Source of the DNA: Ministeria vibrans ATCC 50519
Taxonomy: Eukaryota; Protista; Filasterea
Direction of reading: 5' to 3'
Length of the DNA stretch: 37,853 nucleotides
NCBI GenBank assembly: GCA_943704425.1
Contig: CALSCP010002433.1
Coordinates: 1 to 37,853, forward strand
Made by a program: the position numbers and the translations under genes. Within the stretch, counting starts at the first letter, position 1, and each line of letters opens with the position of its first letter. The notes beneath the pieces are model-generated. The model saw only the letters and a program-made list of their open reading frames with translations. It did no database searches and was not told the DNA's origin. Shown here one piece after another: positions 25,069-36,457 of this stretch.

Positions 25069-25379
25069 CACGAACAAATAATAAAAAAAAGTTGCGAGTT
25101 CCGACTGACATTCTGACAATCTCATCAAACAGACTTGTTCAATGACCACGACTCATCACACGCTTCTACCAGACTGCCAAAGGAGCCAGTTCGTTCAAGT
25201 ATCACTCAAATAGTCAATACTCAATAGGGCACCACCCGCTGACTGAGAGACACTCGCTGACTGCAGTAGTACAATTAATCATCAGAGCTCTTCAAAAGAA
25301 TGAATGATAACAAGGAACATTGACAATGACAATATTCATATTATTTTCATTATCAGCTTTTTTTTACTCAACAACACAA

Positions 25380-26649
25380 ATGCCGGCTCCTGGTGATTTC
25401 CTGACTGAGGCTTCGGTACGGACTTGTCGGACTATGGGCCGTTGCACAGCGGACCCACCATTGTCTATCTGGCGCATTGCTAAAAATACCAAAAAATCAA
25501 ATTTGATAGGTTGCCAGTGGCAATGTCAAATGGGCCAGCGACGACGGCAGCGACGACCCCAAGGTGCATGCGTTTATCACATCCGACGAGCTGGTGTGGA
25601 GAATAGATGGAAAGGTGCGCTTGGGACGATCTTGGTGATAACCCACATAAGTAACACTGTGCTCGTTTTAGATCGAGAGAGTCTCTCTGTCCGATATTGC
25701 TGCTGCGACCGTCAAAAAGCCCGGGTGTACTGGTGGGAACATCCCCAAGCTGGTGGTGAAGCACGGCAAGGCAACACACAAGCTTGGTAAGTGTTTTTCG
25801 TTTTCTCTTTTTCTTTTTCTTTTTTTTTCCGATTCGTTTGTCGCTTTTTCCCTTTTTCCTTTTGAACTTTTTGACGTGATATCGTTCTGAGCAGCTCTTG
25901 AGGACGCTGCGGGCGGGCATGCGCTGATTGACGAGGCTCTGAAGAAGTCGAGCGAGTCGAAGGCGTCCGGTAGCGGCGAGGAGAAGAAGAAGAAGGCAGT
26001 GACGGAGGTGGAGTGTTGGCTGGAGACCAATCCAACGGGCGAATCGGTCACTATGAAGGTGCGCGGTGTGGGCGGGGATGCAGACTGACTGGCTGACTGA
26101 CTGGCTGTGTTGTGTGCGTGGGGCGTGTAGGTTGGCAAGAATACGCTGGAGCAGCTGGCAGTGAAGATTGGAGAGGCACTGGACATTGCAGAGAACCGCA
26201 CTCTGTCACTGCTCAATGCCGAGACCCATGTGCCCATCAGCGATCCGAGCGAGCTTCCCAGTGATGGAAAGGTGTTTTTGCAGGTGCGCGTGCGTCGTGC
26301 ATCGTCCGTCATGAAGAGCAAATCCATCAAGCGACAGCCCAAGACCATTCTGGTGCGCACTGTTGCGGGCTCCGAAGAAACGGCCGTCTCGGTCAAGGTC
26401 AACCCCATTGCTGGCTGGCTCGACACTCTTGCACGCATCCGTAGCGAACTTGATCTGCCCGACAATGCTCCAGTCAAAGTAGGCAGTAGATTAATTGCCT
26501 CTTTTTCCTGACACATTTTGCAATACTTATTCAGCTTGTGCGTGCCGACAACCACGACGAAGCCAGTGAGTTTGAGCATCTTGTAGAAGGCGAACACTAC
26601 ATTGCAGAGGAGACACAGTCCACTCGACGTACCTCGGTCATGGGCCGAT

Positions 26650-26651
<2 letters not shown>
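25380..26651 (+). CDS. Uncharacterised protein: beta-rich (PH-like?) N-terminus plus two internally repeated putative ubiquitin-like domains, spliced
   Basis: Six exons join in frame through GT-AG introns (MPAPGDFLTEAS/VASGNVKW.../IERVSLSDI.../ALEDAAG.../VGKNTLEQL.../LVRADNH...RRTSVMGR*). Confidence 0.7.
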
Positions 26652-26689
<38 letters not shown>

Positions 26690-26710
26690 AATTACACTTT
26701 TTCTTTGCTT

Positions 26711-27713
26711 TTATTTCAGTGAAAAGTTGTCAAAGAGCGCCAAATGGAATCCTGAATTGAGACTGGCACGACCGTGAGTGTGCGTTGGGTCGTCAAGCGA
26801 AGCGACGCGCGCACCATCGACATAGGCGGTCATAGTCGAACCGACACACTCGAGTGACACTGAGTGCCAGTCCAGTGGCGCACCAAGAAGAGGGCCCGAC
26901 GCAAGCACTGTGGTAGTCTCACCGCCACGGCGCACCTCCCAGCGCCCTTCTTGTGTAACCACTGTGCAATAGCCGACAGTTTTGGCGTCGTTGGCAATGC
27001 GCGCACACACTCCCGCATACGCACTCGGCGCACGCACCGCAGTCAGACACAGCGTTGTGTCTTGTGTCAGCTCAGACCGAATCTGTTGTTGCGTTTCGTC
27101 AATCTTCCACTTCTCATTGCTCTGGTCCACACACGTGTACGTGTCCACTGCGGTTCCTGGCAAAGGCTAAACACGTATATATATCGAAATTGAAAATTAA
27201 TCACGCCCCCCACCTTCTTTTTCCCTTTTAAACATACTGTGTTTCCGTGCACATCAAGACAGCCACCATTGAAGCGACTCACAATCCATCCATTTTCTCG
27301 CACATCCCACTGCTGCTGCATACGTCCCGGTACACACTCGCGCAGTTGCAATGGTGCCGAGTCCACAACTGTCGTGTCCACTTCGAGACACAACCAGTGC
27401 GATGTTGCATTCTCATACGCCTGAATCAGTGTGCCACTCACTCTCCACCGTTGCCCCTCGCGCGCATCACACTTGTCCGTCTCCATCCGCGCATCTTCTT
27501 TCGTGTGCGTCGACGCAATTCGCACCTCTGCCGACACTGTATAGTCGCTCCAATTCCCTGCGCCAATTGCCGATATGGGGTCGACGTCCTTGACCCAACC
27601 ATTGACACCTGCGGCATTTTTCACTACATACATATTCACATACATACACTCAGTCATTATTCATACACGTCGAACACACATCTCTCCATTTCACGTTGTT
27701 CTTTCTCCCTCCT

Positions 27714-27759
<46 letters not shown>

Positions 27760-30483
27760 CTACCAAATTGCTTGAGAACCATTCCGCTTTTGCCTTGACT
27801 ATTGGCAATGAGAAAAGAACCACCGTTATCGGCAAAGAAGCGCGCTTGCTTCTCTGGAGTGTACGAGTCAAAGGAGTCCGAGTAGGGCAGTGGGAAGGGA
27901 GTGCTGGGAGGAATGGGTCCGTGGTTGCCCTTTGAGGGACCTGTGAGACGGGACGTGAGGGTACACATGGAATCGCGCGGAAGAGACACCGCCACACGGC
28001 CCGTCGTGGGGTCCACACGCACAGTTGATGGCTCGCGCACAAACTGATGTGTCTCGTTGGTACGCCACACAGCAAGTTCGCGGTGTTGCTCGAGCCCCCC
28101 TAACAGTTGCAAAGTCACCGTCTGATCCTCTGTCGGCGATCCTTTACACCTCAAACAGTCTCCCTCAAGAGACTCCAACACAATAGCGACAGCCGCCAAA
28201 CCCGACACAACAGGCTCGACATACGTCACGACACTGCCTCCACCCTCCAGCATTCCTGCACCACTGCCCACCGGCAACATGGTCCACCCCGCACGCGTAA
28301 ACTGCGCCGTGTGTGCGTGCGTCCACAACGGCCCATTCAGCTCATAATGACCACTCCAAGGCTCATACGCATACATCAATCCATTGCCAAAGTAGACCCA
28401 TTCGGGGTACACCGACCATATGAGCGACCAGGCAATTGTCGACGTCTGGTTCATCCGCACATAGTTCTGCGACAGCACTCGGCCCCAACAGCCGGCACCT
28501 GCCCAATCGGCCACTGTCGAATAGTCTTCGCTTGACCAGTACTTTTTGCCCAACGAGTTGATAATCTCCGGACGAGGTCTAAATGAAATAATAATTTAAG
28601 TCGAGGCTAAGAAAAATAAGAAAAATAAGAGAATAACAGTAAAACAAAAAAGGAACAAAAGAACAGGGGCAAACATGAACCGATGTACGAATATTGAATG
28701 ACAATGACACAGAGAGGAGAAGATATCAAAACGCTATACTTATTGCACGGATAGTGGACTCCAAAGGCAGTCACTGCCTCGGCAAAGGCAGTGTCAGTCT
28801 CCACGTCTTTAATGAGCTCATCCAGCGCACTAAACAATCATTGAACAAAAACAAAAATTAATAATAATAATAAATTATTAATATTAATAATAATCAATCA
28901 CACAGACTGAATCTGACTTGTTGTCGGGAAGCACAATCTGAGTATCAGTGAAACCGGCCACATCCATCGCACCACGAAGGGCCTTGGTCCACGATGGAGA
29001 GCACGACCGCTCGTTCCATATGCCCACATAGTCAATGTCTATTTAAAAGTCGAGGTCTTATTGATTGCCATTGAGGGAAACAGGGGACTACTGCATCATA
29101 CTGATGTCGTAATGGTCTCGAACACACTCGAGCCAGGTGATGTGGTAGTCGACATTGTCTTGACTAAAGAACCCGGTCTGGTTGCCCACCCAGAAGGGTA
29201 CGCCCCATGACAGTGCGTATGTCAGGATTTCCGGATTGCGCTTCTTTGCCTCTGCATTACAATAATAATAAATAAATGCAACACAAGTAATGGGAGAGGG
29301 AGATGAATATTCAAAGTGAAATGGAGTGAGGAAGAAGAATATACAAAGTGAAATGGAGTGAGGAAGAAGAATACACAAAGTGAAATGGAGTGAGGGAGAA
29401 GAATATACAAAGTGAAATGGAGTGAGGGAGAAGAATATACAAAGTGAAATGGAGTGAGGGAGAAGAATATACAAAGTGAAATGGAGTAAGGGAGAAGAAT
29501 GCACAAAGTGAAATGGAGTGAGGGAGAAGAATATACAAAGTGAAATGGAGTAAGGGAGAAGATACACAAAGTGAAATGGAGTGAGGGAGAAGAATACACA
29601 AAGTGAAATGGAGTGAGGGAGAAGAATATACAAAGTGAAATGGAGTGAGGGAGAAGAATATACAAAGTGAAATGGAGTGAGGGAGAAGAATATACAAAGT
29701 GAAATGGAGTGAGGAAGAAGAATGCACAAAGTGAAATGGAGTGAGGGAGAAGAATACACAAAGTGAAATGGAGTGAGGGAGAAGAATATACAAAGTGAAA
29801 TGGAGTGAGGGAGAAGAATATACAAAGTGAAATGGAGTGAGGAAGAAGAATATACAAAGTGAAATGGAGTGAGGAAGAAGAATATACAAAGTGAAATGGA
29901 GTGAGGGAGAAGAATGCACAAAGTGAAATGAAGCGAGGGAGAAAGATGGGGTGAGACAGAGTTATAAGGGAGAAAATACACAAAATGAGACAGAGAAAGT
30001 GTACAAAGTAGTGAGGGAGACAGTCAGAAGAACACTGGATATCATAAGTGACATAACCTATCTACCTTGAAGGAGAAAGAACTCGTAGCCTCGCGTGCAG
30101 TTGAGGTCGTCACGATAGTGCATATGCGAGGGCTCAGTGCCGTCCGTGCTTTGTGTGTCGCCTCCAATTTCGATCTTCAAGTGTTGAATCGCTGCGCCAA
30201 AGTCCGGTTTGAATAGGAAGTCCAAGATGTTCGAACGGTGCGGCTCGTCATAGTCAACGAGCAGCCGTGACGATGCTCCCGCCGACAGAGCGCCGTGGCC
30301 GTCGTACACAAGCCCTGTGGGGCGCAGAGGGAGGAGACACGCGTCGGTTCTCTGTTGTTGACATTTGTGTGTGTGTGTGTTTGTGTGCTCACCTGGCGCA
30401 CTGCCATCGACGTTGATGACGCTTTCTCCGGCGGCACAGGCGACGAGAATTATCACAGACGGAAGAAGAAACAGACGAATCAT
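26711..30483 (-). CDS. GALC: Galactocerebrosidase-like glycoside hydrolase family 59, with signal peptide and inserted ricin-B lectin domain, spliced
   Basis: Signal peptide [59 protein letters not shown], acid/base GIWNER, nucleophile [33 protein letters not shown]-terminal FDNFSLK. Confidence 0.92.
29306..29940. repeat. 32-bp tandem minisatellite (AATATACAAAGTGAAATGGAGTGAGGGAGAAG), about 20 copies, in a GALC intron
   Basis: Head-to-tail units with no unique spacers. The 32-aa periodicity in all three minus-strand ORFs reflects the 32-nt period. Confidence 0.95.
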
Positions 30484-30584
30484 CAACCTTACTTGATATG
30501 TTGCAATAATGGGTTGAACGAAAAAAATGTCAACACAATTGTCAATAATTATTGATATTTTTCTGATCACTTTCTGATATCATC

Positions 30585-30831
30585 ATGAGCTTTGCTGACC
30601 TGCTTTATGCTTACTTCAAAGGTGGTACACTCACCGAGAGCGCTCCAACCGCGACTTGGGCGGGATTGTCGTGGCCACTGCCACCCAATCTAACTAATTT
30701 TCCCCTTTCACAGACTATGAGTTGATTGAACTCACATTGTACTCTGAAAATAGTATACTCATAAACAAGGGGACACACACAAGGCTCAAAACACACACAC
30801 ACACAGTCACACACACACACACACACACACA

Positions 30832-30866
<35 letters not shown>

Positions 30867-31024
30867 CTTGACACTCACACTCACTCTGTGTGTGTGGTGT
30901 TTAGGCTCCCGCAGTGCAGTCGCGCGTGGGCGTCTCAAACTTCGGCCGTGCACCCCCCTCTGTCCCGTCCTCGTCTTCATCTTCCTTCTCTCGTCGTGAT
31001 GTCGAGTTTGTTGTTCGTCTCTAA
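30585..31024 (+). CDS. Possible small spliced gene divergent from GALC
   Basis: ATG at about 30585 (MSFADLLYAYFK), a strong branch point plus acceptor CTAACTAATTTTCCCCTTTCACAG near 30690-30713, a CA-repeat intron-like tract, and a second acceptor TTTAG near 30904. The final frame is unresolved. Confidence 0.3.
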
Positions 31025-31212
31025 TTTTTTTCTGTGTGCTTTTTGGTGCATATTTGTTCGAGGCAGAAAATAAAGACATAAATAAATGAGACTTACTGAA
31101 CTGAACACACGCTTTTTATTTGGAACGGGGGGTTTTGTGTTTCATTTTGACAGCCAGCCTTTCTCATAATCTCTCTCTCTCTCTGTCTCATTTTCTCTCC
31201 AGGGTGGTGCGT

Positions 31213-34200
31213 CTATAGTGTGTTGATGATGTCGTCAATGTCCTGGTCCATTTGTGCAGCAGCCTAAACAGCAAACAAAACCAGTGCTTTCAATTAAAGT
31301 GAATCGGACGCAGCAACAAGACGTGTTGTGGTTCGCGATAAAAACCAAAATGATACAGAAGGGTTCACAACACAAAACAAAACAAAGTGATAGAATTTAA
31401 TGAGCAATGAAGAAGAGTAGTCAAACGGGGGAGTTCTGATAAGGTTATGGTACGTACGGTTGAGCTGCTTGTGTGTTCTCGCGCAAAGTCCTTTTGTGCC
31501 TGTTCCACTCGTTTCAGTTGAGCCTACACGCACACAACATATCAATTGTCAGTCAATCTCTCTCTTTCTTGAATGGCATTGCCATGTTCTGACCTCCTTT
31601 TCAACTTTGTCTGCGCCAATTGCTCGATCTGTTTCCGCCACAAACTTCGAGAAGACAGCCTGAGGAAAACAAAAAAGAACCAAAATGAGAAAAAAAGGTC
31701 AGACACAATTCCTTTCGAATACCTTGCAAACAGCAGAGAGAGTCGTGACGGCCTTTTTGGAGTCGGAGGTGTCAAACACATGGCACACAAAGTGCGTCTA
31801 ATCCACACAGAGAAAGATACATAAACCGAAGTGATACGATAGAGTAAGGAGAAAGAGAAAAAAAAAAAAACAAGAGTCAGTCACACAATGTGCCAGTCTC
31901 GTGTCTTACGGCGTGTCCTCGCTCAGCACACGTCATGCCAAAGAGCCTTGGGTACTGAGGGTCACGCGTGCAGTACGCAATGCGGTTGATGGGAATGTCC
32001 ATGACACTCTGTGCTGTTGCATTCACATACTTAATTCCATTTTCAAAGATGGCAAACACTCCATCCTATACACACGTAAATTTGTCAGTCGCGAACTTGT
32101 ACACACCACACAGTTATAATTATTGTGATTCGACACATCATGTATAATTATTGTGATTCGACACATCATGTATAATTATTGTGGTTCAACGCATCAGTTA
32201 TAATTATTGTGATTCGACACATCAGTTATTTCGTACCTGGACATTCGCAGTGTTGAGGTACCCTTTGAGCTTAATCATTCGCATACACTCAATGACTTCA
32301 GCCTAAAGGGAAACATATCATGTGATTAGGACTGCAGGGTAATAATCACACGAAAAAAAAATGTACCTTTCCGGCCTTTTTGGGAATTTGCCCTGCACCC
32401 AAATACTTGACACGGTACTTCTCAAAGGCCTGCAATTTAATCTCGCGCATAGCCGAGTCGGCGCGAACCTTCTGAGCATCGGGGCGCAGGTCGGCGTGAG
32501 CGGGCAAGGGTGCCATGGCAGGCCGGCCACCCGGCGAGCCCATTCGGTTTGGGTCCATGTGGTCCATGCGTCCCGTCACCGGCTCGCTGTCATCCATTTG
32601 TGTGAGTGCATCCATGAATCGCGACTTGGCGCCAATTTGCTCCACGTTGCTCGTCTGCGAGACCGACTTGGGACGTGTGTAGCCGGCACGTTCGCGTGCC
32701 TCGCTGAGCATCTGTTGCTTGCGCTCTTGCATGTCGAGACGCGCCATCTCGGGCGATCTTGCCATGGCGCTGGCGGGTCGTGCCTGCTGGCTCGACGGAC
32801 GCGACGGTGGCGATGTCCGCTGCGGTAGGGGCACCGGTGGGGCAGGCTGTGACGCAGCGACGCCAGCATCGCCTCGACACGCCTGGATGGCCGCCAGCAC
32901 CCGCCGTCGGTGGCCGGGACGCGACACGTCAATGGCCGCAATCTCTTCTTCGACCATCTCCAAAATGCTCTCAATGTCATCAAAGCCATTCGACTCAAAA
33001 TTGGACAGGTACTGCGACAGCGCAATGCGTTCAAGCCACTCAGAGAGGGGCAAGTCGGCCGTGAGACCCACAAAGGGGTCCGGCAGTTTCTGCACCTGCA
33101 GTAAAACCTTCTTCTTGTGTCCAGGCATTGTCACGCCTACGCCGTCCAAGTCGTCAGCCGTAATGCACACAAGGAACTCTTTCGAGTCCCAGCCCTGCGC
33201 AATAAAGTCGTCCGTGAGTTTCTCCAACTTGAGCGTGCTAAGAAAGACAAGCAGTCGTGCCCGCGCCTTCTTGCCCGCGCCGCCTGACGACTCAGGACTG
33301 GACGGTACGGCCGACGGGGAAGCACTAGACGACGACGCGGGGTCAGATGGAAAGGAAGCAGCGCCGGCGGCCGAGGAGGGTGTAAGAGTGTCGTATGAGG
33401 CGGGTTCGGGCAGAGGTGCGGGCGTGTCGTCGTAGTCAGGCTCGGCCATGGGGTCTTCACCGCCGGGCACGGGAGGAAGAGGGTCATCAGCGGACTTTTG
33501 ATAGGAGCCCGTCGAGAGAGTCGGGCTGCCGCGCATTGCGCCGGACATGGACGAGACGGCGGGCGGCGAAGAAGACATCATGCTGACGGGATTAGGTCCG
33601 GTGGCTGGAATATCGCTGGGCAGTGGTTCGGGAACGGTCTCCACAATGGTGTCGTAAATGTCCTCGTCGCCATCGCCGCCGGGGGGTGCCGGCAACGATT
33701 CGCTGCCGTAATGTGACGAGGTCGAGTAGACGCTGGCGGGAAGTGGCGTCATGTTCAGCGCATCAACGGCTTCGGCGCGTTTCTGTTCGAGGTCCATGGC
33801 ACTGTTACGACTGACCGTTTCGCCTGCAGCGGCCGCCGCTGTCTCAAGCTCGTGAGCCTCTTCTTCGGTCACACTTGTCACGTAGGTCGACGGGAAAACA
33901 CCAACAAGACCATTGGCACGGCCAGTCCACAGTCCACTCTTGCGCTGTTCCAACACAGTGACCAGATCACCGCGTTTGAACTCGAGTGCCTGGTCGTCGT
34001 ACGCCGACGGTGAATAGTCCATCACAGCACGCACAAGCACCGACTGCGACCCGTCTTTGGTCACTTCCGGTGCGTCCATCACTTGCTTTGCAGCAGACCC
34101 TAAAAGAAACAAGAGATGAGGTAAAAGACAAAAGTAAAAAAAAAAAGCAGCGCGAGTGAGACACAAGAGGAAAATTAACACAATAATAATAATAATAATA

Positions 34201-35849
34201 ATAAAATAATAATAATAATAAAAGTGCAATACCAGTCAGGAGTTCACGAATCTCTTTGCCCTTGTCGCCCTTGAAGAAGGAGTTGAGGACATCGAGGGCC
34301 GTCTGGTTGGCTGAGTTGCGGATGGTTGCATCGGCGCCATGGGAGATGAGTGTGCGCACTACCTCCGTCTTGCCAAACAGCGCTGCTTCATGCAGCCTAT
34401 AAGAGGTAAGAGTATGTGATTTGTGGGTATGAGGATGAAAAAAACTTGAATATAAAAAGTCGTTTTACGGTGTTCCCTTGGACGTTTTCACGTTGATGTC
34501 CATTCCAAATTGAAGCAACAGTTTCACAACTAAGTACGCGCACACACACAAAAAAAGCAAAGAAGAAAAATGAGTCACAAAGAAAAACAAAACAAAAAAA
34601 AAAGAATAAATAATCCATGTTAGGGAGGTAGGCTACCGTGAACATGACCGTTGCGGGAAGCAAGATGAAGAGGAGTGTGTTGCATGGAGCAGAGTTGCTG
34701 CATGTCAATGGCGGAGATAGGCACGTCTGGGTCGCCCCCGAGCAGCACACGCACACAGCCTTCACGGCCATACTGCGCCGCTAGGTCCAGAGCGGTCTCG
34801 CCGCTCTTGGTGCGTAGATAAATATTGGCTCGCGCCGCCAACAACATTTTCACAATGTTCTTGTAGCCATTTTGCGAGGCGGGATGCAGTGCCGTCTCGC
34901 CATTCATTGCCTGTTTGTTCACATCGACGCCCGCCTCGATGAGCTGTTTTACAACCGCTTCTCGGCCCGACCATGCTGCAACGTGAAGCGGCGTGCTCTC
35001 TGAGCAGCGGGACCACAACGAGACACAAAGAATCAGAAACAGCACAAAGGACACCTTGCGACTGGCTGACAGTCTGACCTTTGTTGTCGATTGCATTGAC
35101 AACCACATTGTTGTCGAGAAGCGTCGTAACAACTTCCGTGTGTCCCTTGAGTGCGGCGTGGTGCAGTGGAGTGTAGCCTGACTCGTCTTGGCAGTTGACA
35201 TTAAGAGGTTTGCCAAAGAGAGAAGAACTTCGCTTTGACTAGAAAAAAATAAAAAATAATAGAGCAAGCGGAATTAGTAGACGACGTAGAGGTCAGACGA
35301 GAAGGTGCATAGAGGAGGCCGGACCACATCTGGGATGACATTTATGCGTCCACAAACAGATATTAAAGCAAAAAAAGTGTGATGGTTTTGTCTCAACACA
35401 CAAATGTGAGAAATGCGCTTAGAGAGGGAGAATTTTTGACGACACAGACGCATGTGCAAGACGTGCGTTGAGAGACTGTGATAAAGGGGCGGGAGTGCAG
35501 ACAACGAGGGTCGGAAAAGCAGACCAAAAAAAAAAGAAAAAAAAAAAGAACGACTGGACATAACAGAAAAAAAAACAAGAAAAGGAGTGTGAAGAGAGGC
35601 GTAACGGGGCAAGGAGGGACAAGGGTTCCGCCCGTCTGTCAACCCTGCCGCCTATGGATACGAAGGAGNNNNNNNNNNCAGATCATTCTGATTCTCGTCG
35701 CTCGTGTCAAGCAGCTCGCCGCACGTGTCGATGAACACCGGTCGGCAGGGCGCGGGTACCTTTGAATTCTTAGGGTCGGGCAGGAGACGTCGTAGGGTTG
35801 GCATGTCGGCGTCTCTTGCCGCCGCAAGCAGATCCTGTTCTTTGCCCAT
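31213..35849 (-). CDS. Ankyrin repeat-SH3-SAM-SAM-PTB scaffold protein (Caskin/ANKS1 family), spliced
   Basis: Start [12 protein letters not shown], ankyrin repeats ([60 protein letters not shown]), SH3 ([21 protein letters not shown]...GVFPSTYV), two SAMs ([24 protein letters not shown]), PTB (YRVKYLG...IAYCTRD...CHVF). Confidence 0.92.
32113..32230. repeat. 28-bp tandem repeat (TATAATTATTGTGATTCGACACATCATG), about 4 copies, intronic
   Basis: Units start at about 32115, 32143, 32171 and 32199. Confidence 0.9.
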
Positions 35850-35922
35850 CGAGCTGACCCTGCGTGGCAGGCGGGCAGGGGAGGGTTGGAGAGGGAGTTG
35901 GGTGAGATGCGGTGAGACGGTA

Positions 35923-35953
<31 letters not shown>

Positions 35954-36457
35954 CAAAGAGAGAGACCCAGCGAGCGGGTCATAATGGATGACTGAGTTGC
36001 ACAACAACAGCACAGAGAGAAAATAAATAAAACACAACGAGGACACAACGCTGAAGTCATGATGTGCGGTGACATAGCGACAGGATCAGTTTATCGAGAG
36101 GCAGCATTGTGGGAGGGCGCCAGGAACGGGAGACAATCGTCATACCGCAAATTGTATTGTCACGTTACAACACAATCAATGTCACTTACGTGTGAATGAG
36201 TGTGAACAAGTGGCAGTGGTCGATCGAGTCGGGCGTGAGCGGTGTTTGGCGCACACAAACACACACAAGTGAAAAAGAAGAAAAAATTAATGAATGATAT
36301 TGAAATTGTCATTTGATTAGAGTTCTAAATTCTAATAGTATTGTCTAAATTGTAATGTTGATCTATCTAAAAAATAAAAAATGAACCGTCAAAAATGATC
36401 AGTAAGATTATGGGAGTTCATGTTTCAAAGAGATGGAAATTCAAAGGCAGGTGTTGT

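Noticed and set aside
29306-29940. 32-bp repeat array as a CRISPR array or repeat protein
   Set aside because: Units are contiguous with no unique spacers, there are no cas genes, and it lies in a eukaryotic intron. The long minus-strand ORFs arise from a stop-free unit.
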